Part shown: piece after piece, positions 47,675 to 58,684 of the stretch
How the letters are laid out: each line of letters begins with the position of its first letter
Position numbering within the stretch: the first letter of the stretch is position 1
The notes under the pieces: generated by a model
Database searches by the model: none
What the model was told of the DNA's origin: nothing
What the model saw: the letters and a program-made list of their open reading frames with translations, nothing else
Made by a program: the position numbers and the translations under genes
Origin: Pocillopora damicornis
Taxonomy: Eukaryota
Assembly: GCF_003704095.1 (NCBI RefSeq)
Contig: NW_020847572.1
Span: forward strand, 310,001-374,000
Direction of reading: 5' to 3'
DNA length: 64,000 bases

Positions 47675-50600
47675 TTAAGAAGATTTCTTGGCATGGAATA
47701 GACCCCATTTTTGGTCTCCACGGCCACAGCGGTCAATCTTTGTCTCCCAGTCTTCAACAAGGTATTCAAAATCATCCTTTTTGAAATCCTGTTTTGAAAA
47801 AACAGAAAACAAATAAACAAGTAAAAAAAAAAAAAGGGGGGGGGGGCCTTTTAACTCTGAAACCCTACGAGTGACCAGCATCTTATTTCTCCCAAGAGCA
47901 TCATCCCTGAATCAAACATTAAGGCCATGATAATATAGGAAATGATCATTCAAGAAGCTCTTGATTGTTTAACTAATTCTCTGTGACAGCACAATAGAAA
48001 ATGCATAGAGGACAGTTTGGAGAATTTACATACTGATGTTGAGGTGCAAAGATTGAAATGAGAAGACAAGTTCAGTTTATTCATAGAACTTTCCTGTTGT
48101 CACTGATTTTTTAATTTACATTTTTTAATGATAAAAATGATCTATATAGTTAAAGCATAGCTTTAAATATTTTCACCTTCAAGAAAATGTCCATGTCTGT
48201 TTCAAATCTTTTCCTCTCTGACTGAAGAACTTCAACAAATCTCTTGGTGTTGTCTATTGCTTTTACATCAATAAAACCAACCTTCTCAAGAAGCTATTAA
48301 CGCAAAGAAGAAGACATTTCACAAAAGTTGAGAAAGGAGTTTGTTATAACTTTAAAATTCTTATATTTGTGTTTCAAATTTTAACTTGTTCTGACAACAG
48401 TCTGGATGTCTTAAATCAAAGCTACATGCCTTGGCAGAAATCTTAACCATCTAATTTTTTTAAGAAAGATGAAAAGCAGCCCAGTTTTCCAACAGATTCT
48501 CAGCCCTTACCTTTCCATAATCAGCTGGAGTCAGGAGGTGATATTGTCGCTTAGCAACATATGCTTTCATCTGATCAGACAATTCATTAGCACCACGGCA
48601 GTAGTCAGAAATAAGAAGCTCTCCTCCAGGCTTCAACCATTTCTAATCAAGATGAACACATTCACAAGAAATCAATCAACTGGAACTCATGAAATGCATG
48701 TACATAGGCAAGGGAACATGTACAGTGTAATGAGAGAAATGATTGAATGATGATTTTTTTTTTGTAGTTTTGTCATTGAGCATGACCCTGCATCTAGCAG
48801 AGTTTATTTTGACAGATTGAAGTTTACACTGAATTAAAAATTCTAAGTACTTGGAATAATGCTACAAACAGTTAAAATGGAATGAACATTTAACACAGTT
48901 GAACCTTTCTACAGTCACATGAGTGAAAACATACTCTTTCAAGCCCACATGTAGTCCACCTCACACCCATCTTATTACAATCTGTTCAAGAGATTTACAG
49001 TCAACACCTCACATATTAACCAAAGGTGTGTGTCCCCTTGGAGAGTTTGTATTAACCAACAAATGCACATAGTTTCTCAACAAAATGTTTGACATTCCCT
49101 TGGGAAACAGGGCAAAGCAAACATTGGGTCAATATTACATGGGTCTTTATTTTAAGCAATCATTCATTCCAAAAAAAAAATTACATACCAAGAAGTTCTT
49201 AAACAATGATTCTTTATCAGCAATGTGGAGAATTGTGTCTCTACTGTAAATTACATCAAATGATTCTGGTGCATAATCTGCTGTTGTTATGTCAGCAACC
49301 ACAAATTCAACCTAAAAACACAAAGGACAACTTGAAAGTTTAGTGCTTGAGCTACAAAGTTCAGAAACACATTTATTTAATACTACATGTACCACTTTTG
49401 GGCCTTTTTCATCTGAAACATTCTCAGTTCAAATCACAGTTAGTTTCCATTCGGCATATGTTGAGCTTAGAAATTTCCAATGCTGCAAAATCGCAATGAC
49501 ATCTTCATGACAAAAAAACACTATGTTTACATAATATAAATTGTACCATCTCAAGATTACATTAACCCTTTAACTCCCATGAGTGACCAAGACAGAATTT
49601 CTCCTTACAATATCAATACAATGTCAACCAGATAAGTGATGAGAATAAAGAAAAATATCAACTTGGGGATGATTAGTTGATCCAATACTAAATTCTCTGA
49701 ACTAGTATTATAAGAATTGTATGGTTGACAGTAAGGAGAATGACAAATTTGATCTGGGAGTTAAAGGGTTAAGATATTTATATGAGTTACAGTAATTTCT
49801 ACATGCATGTGGTATAAAACCTGTAAGGGAATTTCTTCTTGATGTATTATTACAACAACTTACATTCATTTAGTTGTAACATTTATTTACTCATAATGTT
49901 TACATCATACTTTAAAGTTACTGACTTCTAATTGTTAAATCTTCCTTCTAGCTTCTAAATATTTCCTTAGAAATGAGTTACAAGGATTTGGTGTTCGATC
50001 AAGATAACTTCTACCTGATAAGTTTGAGTATTCATTATCTGTTTGCTGGATAATGTATGAATATTTTAGGGGGAAAATTACATGTTAATCACTTCTTGAA
50101 GTTAAAGGTTACATGTAAGCACATTCTACCTTGTCATCCTTAAATTCTTGGGCTCTCTGTTTTCCTGTATCAATCATATTTATTGACAAGTCAACACCCA
50201 ATACTTCCACTTTAAAATTCTAGGTGAGAAACAAGATAGTCAAATTTAACACAATATTCCACAAAAGTTGTTAATTAAAAGCTAAAAATTTTGGTTAAAA
50301 ACATGCTACCACATAGCTTTTATGAATTAAAAGATAATATCTGAAAACTCTTTTAAAAAAAATTAATTGCAGTGCTATAAACAAGAAGCAAATCCTACAT
50401 GTAGCTCTGAATTGGTCTGAAATCTAAAGATTTTTTATTCTTAAAAAGATCCCCAACACCCTCCCCAGCCTACCCCTCTGCATACCAGTATTGACAAAGC
50501 CGCATAATGACTCAGAGCATAAGAAAAATAAAGTTGCACCGCAAAAGAAAACCAAGTTAAATTATTATAGTCTAATGATTTCCCTTAGCCCATGCCCCTG

Positions 50601-52261
50601 AATTTATTGATTGCCTTCTTCATCCAAGTCCCTTCACAAACTAAAATTTGATAAAATTGACTCAGTGCATGAGAAATTCAAAAAACAAAGTTGTAAGAAA
50701 ACTAATTTCAATTAGAATAAAATTGATTTTCCTTATTTTATTTGTAAAATATCAACATTTCCTTTTAACTAGGAGTTTGAGAGGTTTATCCAAGAGGCGA
50801 CTAAATAAACCTAAAGAGTAGGCATATATACACTGTACAATAAAAAGGGATTTATCACAAGTCATACCTTCACCATGTAGAAAGCAGAACCTCCTATTCC
50901 ACAACCAACATCAAGAACTGTTTGACCTGGTCTTAAACTCAGCATTGCTACAATTTCCTACATAAAAAAGAAAAGAGAATGAAAAAAATGAAAAAATTGC
51001 TTTGTTCCCATATTTCACTCCAGGGAGGAAAGGCTTTAAAAATTTTGGGATAGACACCACAGAGAATGAAAGATGACAGGTGTACTACATAATCCCTGGG
51101 ATAAACAAAGATACCACATCCCCTTAACTAAATACAGTGATATAAACTTGTGTATCAGGTTAAAATCACGGGGAATGAAAGATCACAATATTACAAAATC
51201 CCTGGAACAAAGGAAACAAAGGTCACATGAAATAACCTGTAGGGGGTTAACACCACAGGAATGGTAGGGGACCTTAGTGCACAATCCCTGAGGTAAGATC
51301 TTTGTTACATGTATGTGAAGGGACCTTTTTAAGGTTACTGTCAACAATATCATGTAAAACACCTTGCAAAACATTGAGAAATAATAGTCTTTATCACACC
51401 ATAAAAAAAGAAAAGATGTAAGAGACCCGAAGCCAAAGGAATCGAAATTGAGTTTTCTTTTACCCTAGCTTACTTTTCCCACTTTTCCGTTTGCTTTTCC
51501 CTATGTATTTTGGATTTCCCTTCATTCATATTCCCCATTTAGCGAAATGACCATTGCAAATTTTAAAGTACTTTTTTGTCACAAGACTCGCCACAAATGT
51601 GAGAGAAAAATAAAACACAAACAAAAAGTCACTCCTGAGAATTCCCAATGACAGGAGCAAAAGCTGGGTTTCAACAAGGGCTGCACCACAAATAAAAAAT
51701 AGAAATCATTGACGAAAGAAAAGTTTCTCCCTCGATTGCACAATACATGAGGGAGAATTTAGATTTTCATCTGCTGGCAAAAACTTACGAAAATATCTAG
51801 GATTTACAGATTATAACTCTGTTTTATGGCACTGCATGATATTTTTTGGCTCATTTCAAGCTTAATGATCAAAACTGAATTGATTTCACGGAATTCTTCT
51901 AGAAATTATTTCATTAGGGGCTGATCGATTACGAAATATTCCACGTCCGCAGTATGAAAAAATAAAAAAAGAAAACTTTATTCGGGAAAGTAAAATTAGC
52001 TACTGCATAGGCTACCTTCGAATGAGCTAAAAATTACATTTGCAAAATAACTCTAGATTGCAGGAAGAGAGAAAGAGATTTTGCCTCCCAGTAAAATTAC
52101 TTGGATCTCCTGATGTACCTTACCTCGGTTGTTTCAAGACCTCCAGTGCTTACAAAACCACGTCCGAAAATTTTCTCGTAACGCAAAATACTATTGTTGG
52201 AATACTGATTCTGGTCCAGAAATTGTTGAAATTGATCGCTCTGTTGGCTTGTGGTCGGCAT
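47675..52261 (-). CDS. PMT: Single-domain phosphoethanolamine N-methyltransferase, copy A, 7 exons, 267 aa
   Basis: Exons 52261-52124, 50957-50868, 50219-50130, 49311-49189, 48642-48511, 48293-48177 and 47788-47675, all GT-AG and phase 0, with no stops. Motifs [30 protein letters not shown] (SAM motif I), [30 protein letters not shown] and QKWGLF.AKK. Confidence 0.93.
49566..49768. mobile_element. piggyBac-type MITE (TTAA target, CCC...GGG ends) in PMT-A intron 3
   Basis: TTAA|CCCTTTAACTCCCA ... TGGGAGTTAAAGGG|TTAA, with a perfect 14-bp terminal inverted repeat, 203 bp in total. Confidence 0.9.
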
Positions 52262-52535
52262 CTTCGAAAAATTAGGGTAGGACAGTACAGCGCTGGTGTT
52301 GCGTACAGTGTGCAATCGTATTACCGGGAAAAACCCTTCAATTTATATAATCAGTGTCAGCGGTAAACATAATTGAGATAAGCGCAAAACCTTTGTTACT
52401 TCCGTTATTAATAGTATTGACTAGGAAAATAATTAACCATGCCCATAAAATATTGTAAAGTTGCAAAGATAAGGGAGGGTAAAATACGAGCAATGAATGG
52501 CTCAGTAACTCCTTTTGGAAACAAATCGGTGGACG

Positions 52536-52601
52536 ATGTCTTTTTTCCGATTTCTTTCGAGTAAAAATGCTGCTCTTGCTCTCAAAAGCCTGTGCTCTTA
52601 A
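52536..52601 (+). pseudogene. Truncated 5' fragment of the kelch gene, copied in the duplication
   Basis: MSFFRFLSSKNAALALKSLCS* matches the kelch start MSSFRYLSSKNAALVLK at 58685. Homology stops near 52586. Confidence 0.9.
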
Positions 52602-52679
52602 CGAGCACAGGCAGAAAGAAACGAACTTGGAAATACTGGTAGAAAACGCTCGTTTTCAGCATAATGCGCAGCCATTTTT

Positions 52680-52968
52680 GGGCTTTTTGATTTTGCCACG
52701 TGTCTTTTGATTTTTCCACGAGTCTTTTGGTTTTCCGTGAGCTATTTGGTTTTGCCGTGAGCTTCTTGGTTTTGCCGAGAGCTTTTTTGAGCTAATTGGT
52801 TTTGCCGTGAGCTATTTGGTTTTGCCGTGCGCTTTTTGATTTTGCCGTGAGCTATTTGGTTTTGTCGTTGGCTTTTTGGTTTTTCCGTGAGCTATTTGGT
52901 TTTGCCTTGAGCTTTTTGGTTTTTCCGTGAGCTATTTGGTTTCGCCGTGACCTTTTTGGTTTTACCAT
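52680..52968. repeat. 20-bp minisatellite, about 14 units, at the duplication junction
   Basis: Consensus GAGCTATTTGGTTTTGCCGT. Confidence 0.92.
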
Positions 52969-54130
52969 AACAGTTGTGGGCCACCGGACTAATGGACCTC
53001 TGGTCATTATGGGCCATGTCACTTTTTTTTTTTTCAATTAAAAAAAAAAAACATTTATTTTACTTGTATTTTTCTTTTCTTTCCTTTTTGTTGTTGTTGT
53101 TGTTGTTTTTTTTTTTTTTTCGAAATGGAAAAAAATTGAAAGAAAAGAAAACGAAAATATGAAAAAAATAAATAAAAACACAAAATAGTTAGGACAGATA
53201 TCAAAAAAATCTATGGCCATACATAATGGGCCACCATACACCTGAAAGATTTGATTCTTTGTCATTCGTGATATGATTCCTAATGCGCTTCTGAAAAGTA
53301 GCTTGAGCGCAAAGTTTTTGCTTGTGTGCAACAACTTTTTATTTCATTGCGTAAAAGGCGAACGAAATAGTCAAGGGCTCAAGTTCCTCTCGCGCGTGTC
53401 TCAGCTCGTATACTAAATTAGTGTAGCAGGAAACTGATTATGTTTGTCATGTTGAACTGATTTAGTCTGGCTTTACTTCTGTGGCGCAAACTTTAAGGGG
53501 AAATTCAATCCTTGCGGAACGTGAAATTAACTCGGAGCGTCATTTAGCGTGGCCCGGATGTTCTGTTCTTTATTGGCCACTTAGATTTTGTTTCATTTTT
53601 CTGGTCCACGTCTTAAAACGTGCAGTAAAAATGAACTTTAGAACGTTGCACATGGAAAATGGAGGGTCCTGTGCTCACGTCTGATGCTTGCGTCTTCCTT
53701 ACTTTGTATTTCATTGGGTGCTAGGCGAACGAATTAGTCACGTGCTCTTCCTTTCGTGTGTGTCTCAGCCTTCGCGGGCTTCCCGCAATTACCACTGCCT
53801 AAACAATGCAAACCAAATATCAGAATTCCACTGCCTAAACAATGCAAACAAATGGCGCGTGTACCTTAGGTTAGGACAAGCCTTATCGAATGACAACCAT
53901 AACCAAATGTTAAAAGCACCACCTGATTTATTAACCTTTCTTAAATTAATTTTTGGAGATACAAATAGTTCACTGGCAGCGAACATGCATGTGCTTAGCT
54001 AATAAATAAAAATAGAGCACCTGAAAGATTTGATTCCTATAATTGCCGATAAAAATTTTATATATAATTCCTACGGCGCTTTGGAAAATTCGCTTACACG
54101 CGAAGTTCTTCTTTTTGTGCAAAAAGTGAT

Positions 54131-57100
54131 TTAAGAAGATTTCTTGGCATGGAATAGACCCCATTTTTGGTCTCCACGGCCACAGCGGTCAATCTTTGTC
54201 TCCCAGTCTTCAACAAGGTATTCAAAATCATCCGATTTGAAATCCTGTTTTGAAAGACAGAAAACAAATAAACAAGAAAATCAATGAACTGTTAACTCTC
54301 AAACCCTCCAAGTAACCAGCATCTCATTTCTTCTAAGAGCATCACCCCTGAATCAAACATTAAGGCCATGATAATATAAGAAATGATCAAGTAAAGAAGC
54401 TCTCGATTGTTTTAACTAATTCTCCGTGTCAGAGAAAAAATGAATGTATAGAGAACCGTATGGAGAATATGCATACTGATGTTAGGGTGTAAAGAATTCA
54501 GCGATAAGATCAGTTTTTTCATCAAGTGTGCCTAACCACAGATTTTTGACCTTTAAAATGTTTCTTATATGAATTAATGATACAAATGATCCACAGCACA
54601 AGTGTAGCTTTAAATATTTTCACCTTCAAGAAGATGTCCCTGTCTGTTTCAAATCTTTTCCTCTCTGACTTAAGAACTTCAATAAATCTCTTGGTGTTGT
54701 CTATTGCTTTTACATCAACAAAACCAACCTTCTCAAGAAGCTATTTGAAAAGAAAGAAAAAAATGTTACAAAAGCTTCAAAAAAGGAGTTTCTTATAACT
54801 TTAGAATTCTGATATTTGTGTTTCAAATTTCACTTTTTCTGACAACAGTCTGGACATCTTAAATTTGAGTCTACATGCCTTAGCAGGAATCATATCTATC
54901 TAAACATCTCTGTTGGTCTTGTTCCGATTAAATTTTATTGATAAAATTACTACTGAATTCCATGGTCATTAGAAGAAGAGAGATTAAATTATCTCTATTA
55001 TGGGTTGGTCAGACCATTTCAAAGTTTCATGATCAATTTCCCCACACTGGATCAACACTCTGGGTTTTAAAATCATAAAGTAGAATGTGCTGCCTTTGTT
55101 ATATCATCTGCAAATAGTGGGACATTCTAGTCTCGTGGAATAAGGAGGAAAACAGAAGGCACTGCCTCCTCCATCTTCTCTGTACAGATTAAAAGAAAAC
55201 ATGGTCTGGCCTTGTTGTTGTTTAAACAGGCCCCCATTTTAACCCTTAAACTCCCAAGATTTCATTAGTAATTCTCCTCACTGCCTGCCATACAATTTAT
55301 GTGATGTTAGTTTGGAGAATTTGGAATTGGATCAACCAATAATCCCCTAACTGATATTTTTCTTTATTCTTATTACTTGTCTGCTACATATCAAACTGAT
55401 AATGTAAGGAGAAATTCTGTCTAGATCACTAATGGGACTTAAAGGGTTAAATAGCTTTAAAGATGACTGGGCCAGCCAGTCTAAATATCACAAATAATTA
55501 AATCAATATTGAATTTCAAGGAAAAGTTTAGAAGGTCACAAAAGAGTAAATTCCAGTTTATCATAATTCAAGGTTCTACATGTAGGCTCCATTTTCTTCA
55601 TATTAACTTTGAGGTCATCTAAATTCATAATCCAGTCCCTGAAAAAAACTGTTTTCAATATTATATGAAACACTAAACCCCTGACCACATTTTAGAACCA
55701 GCTACAGAATAACAAACACAGAGAAATAAAAATTACAGGTCACAAAATTGGTGACTGCCAATGCAAATGTAGTCCCCGCAATTGTTTATAATTTTTAAGT
55801 ACTGGTCAATTGTATTTTCAAGAAAGATGAAAAGCAGCCCAGTTTTCCAACAGATTCTCAGTCCTTACCTTTCCATAATCAGCTGGAGCCAGGAGGTGAT
55901 ATTGTCGCTTAGCAACATATGCTTTCATCTGCTCAGACAATTCATTAGCACCACGGCAGTAGTCAGAAATAAGAAGCTCTCCTCCAGGCTTCAACCATTT
56001 CTAATCAAGACGAACAGAATTACAACCAATCACTCAACTGGAACTTATGAAAATGCAATGTACATATACAAGGGGGCATGTACAGTGTAATGTGAGAAAC
56101 GATTGAATGATGAATTTTGTTGACAACAAGTACGAGTCTACATCTTGCAAAGCTTTTTATGGCATATTTAAGTTTGAATTGAATAAAAAATTGTAAGAAC
56201 TTGGTGTGTTCTAATAATCTACTACACATAGCTTCTTTATAAATAATTTTACATTCTCTTCTGAAACAGAGGGTGAGACAACTGTTGTGTCACAATTCAC
56301 TTGGATCTTCAATTTAAGCACTCATTCATTCCCCAAAAAAAAATGGCATACCAAGAAGTTCTTAAACAAGGATTCTTTGTCTGCAATGTGAAGAATTGTG
56401 TCTCTACTGTAAATAACATCAAATGATTCTGGTGCATAATCTGCTGTTGTTATGTCAGCAACCACAAATTCAACCTAAAAACACAAAGGACAACTTGAAA
56501 GTTTAGTGCTTGAGCTACAAAGTTTACTGGTAAACACATTAATACTACATGTATCACTGTCTAACTTTTAAGCCATTTTCACCTGAAAATTTCAGTTCAC
56601 ATAACATTTGTTTCCATGCATTTAGCATATGTTGAAGTTACAAATTTCCAATGCAGCAAAATTGCAATGATATCTTCATGACAAGAAAAAAAGAGTTGCA
56701 AATTTTCAAGAACCTACCCACAACTAAAAAAAACCTCACTGACACCATGTTTACAGAAACCAACGGAGAGTACATAAATTGTACTATTACAAGATTACAT
56801 TAAAATATACATTTGAGCTAATTTCTAGATGCATGTGGTATGGGAACCTGTAAGCAAATTTTTTTTGATTTCATGATCACAAAAACTTGCGTTTGTTTAG
56901 TTGTAACAAGTATTTTCTAACTGTGTTACATCATGCCTTACACTTACTGACTTCTGATTGTTCATTCTCCCCTCTAGCTCCTTTCCTAAACCTTTCCTTG
57001 GTAACGAGTTACAAGAATTTGGTGTTAGATCAAGATAACAACATCTACCTGATAAGTTTGGGTATTCTCATCATCTGTTGCTGGATAATGTACAGATATT

Positions 57101-58404
57101 TTGGGGAGAAATTACATGTTACCGTGGTAATCACTTCATGCAGTTAAAGGTTACATGTAAGCACATTCTACCTTGTCATCCTTAAATTCCTTGGCTCGCT
57201 GTTTTCCTATGTCAATCATATTTGTTGACAAGTCAACACCCAATACTTCCACTTTAAAATTCTAAGTAAGAAATAGTACAGTCCAATGTAACACAAAATT
57301 TCGTTGCAGTAGTTGTTAAGTAGTTGTTATGACAACATAACATATGGTACTTGGCATGTTCAAAAACCCTTGTTTGGTTCCTCTGTTGCTACTTGCCATC
57401 TCACTTGCTCTGAAATTTCACTTTCAATTCACAGAAAAAAGCTAGAGAGAATTCCTGAAAAAGGTTGCACACAGTACAATTTGGCAGATGGTGTGACAGC
57501 TTTGGCCGGCTTAGCTCTGTGCTCTGAACTCTGTACTCTGATATAGCCAGCTTTCTCCACCAGTGACAGAAAAAAAGGGTCAAGTCATACCTTCACCATG
57601 TAGAAACCAGATCCTCCGATTCCACAACCAACATCAAGAACTTTTTGACCTGGTTTTAAACTAAGCATTGCAACAATTTCCTGTAGAATAAAATAAGGAT
57701 GAAAACAATGAAATAATGCCTTGTGTTACTCGCGTTTGGCCACCCTGTAGCAACATGTTGTAACATGTTGGACTGTGTTGGATCAAGTTTGAAAATGGCC
57801 AAAGTTTTGTTGCAACATTTTTGGATGTTATAAGATAATGCGCGCTTTTTGGTCAAAGAAAAGTTTCTCCTTCGATTGCACCATATGTGAGGGAGAATAT
57901 AGATTTGCATGTGCCGGCAAAAACTTGCGACATATATCTAGGATTTACAGATGAAAGCCCTGTGTTTTGGCACTGCATGATATTTTTTGGCTCAGTTCAC
58001 GGCTAATGATCAAAACTGATTGATTTCACCGAATTCTTCTAGAAAAGATTCCATTGGGGGCTGATCGATTTCGAAATATTACACGTCCGAAGTATAAAAA
58101 AATTAAAAAAAATTATTCGCGTAAGTCAAATTAGCTGCTGCAAGAGTTAACTGCGACAGCGAATGAGCTAAAAATTACGTTTGTTAAATAACACTAGATT
58201 GCAGGAAGAGAGGAAAAGAGATTTTACCTCCCAGTAAAATTACTTGGATCTCCTGATGTACCTTACCTGGGTTGTTTCAAGACCTCCAGTGCTCACAAAA
58301 CCACGTCCGAAAATTTTCTCATAACGTAAAATACTGTTGCTGGAATACTGATTCTGGTCCAGAAATTGTTGAAATTGATCGCTCTGTTGGTTTGTTGTAG
58401 GCAT
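54131..58404 (-). CDS. PMT: Single-domain phosphoethanolamine N-methyltransferase, copy B, 7 exons, 267 aa
   Basis: Exons 58404-58267, 57680-57591, 57261-57172, 56474-56352, 56000-55869, 54740-54624 and 54244-54131. Exon lengths (138/90/90/123/132/117/114) and motifs match copy A. About 16 amino-acid differences by hand count. Confidence 0.94.
55243..55446. mobile_element. piggyBac-type MITE of the same family as 49566, opposite orientation, in PMT-B intron 5
   Basis: TTAA|CCCTTAAACTCCCA ... TGGGACTTAAAGGG|TTAA. Confidence 0.88.
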
Positions 58405-58684
58405 CTTTGAAAAACTGGGGTCACGCACGATTTACGACGACGTACGATTGGCAAACTACTCGTGAAAAGTAAGATTCCGGGTGAACGCTTCAAGTCTTTA
58501 TCATCAGTGTCAGCGGTAAACCTAATTGAGATAAGCCCTCTAGTCATCTTTACTTCTTCCTTTGTTATTCGTTACTAATTAACCGTGCTCGTCATAATAT
58601 TATATAACACTGGAAAGGTAAGGAAGAGTAACATACGAGCAACGAATAGCTCAGTAATTTATTTTGGGAACGAATTGGCGGACG

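Noticed and set aside
52680-52968. CRISPR-like appearance of the regular repeats (also 39828-39906)
   Set aside because: Head-to-tail units without unique spacers, eukaryotic context and no cas genes; these are minisatellites.
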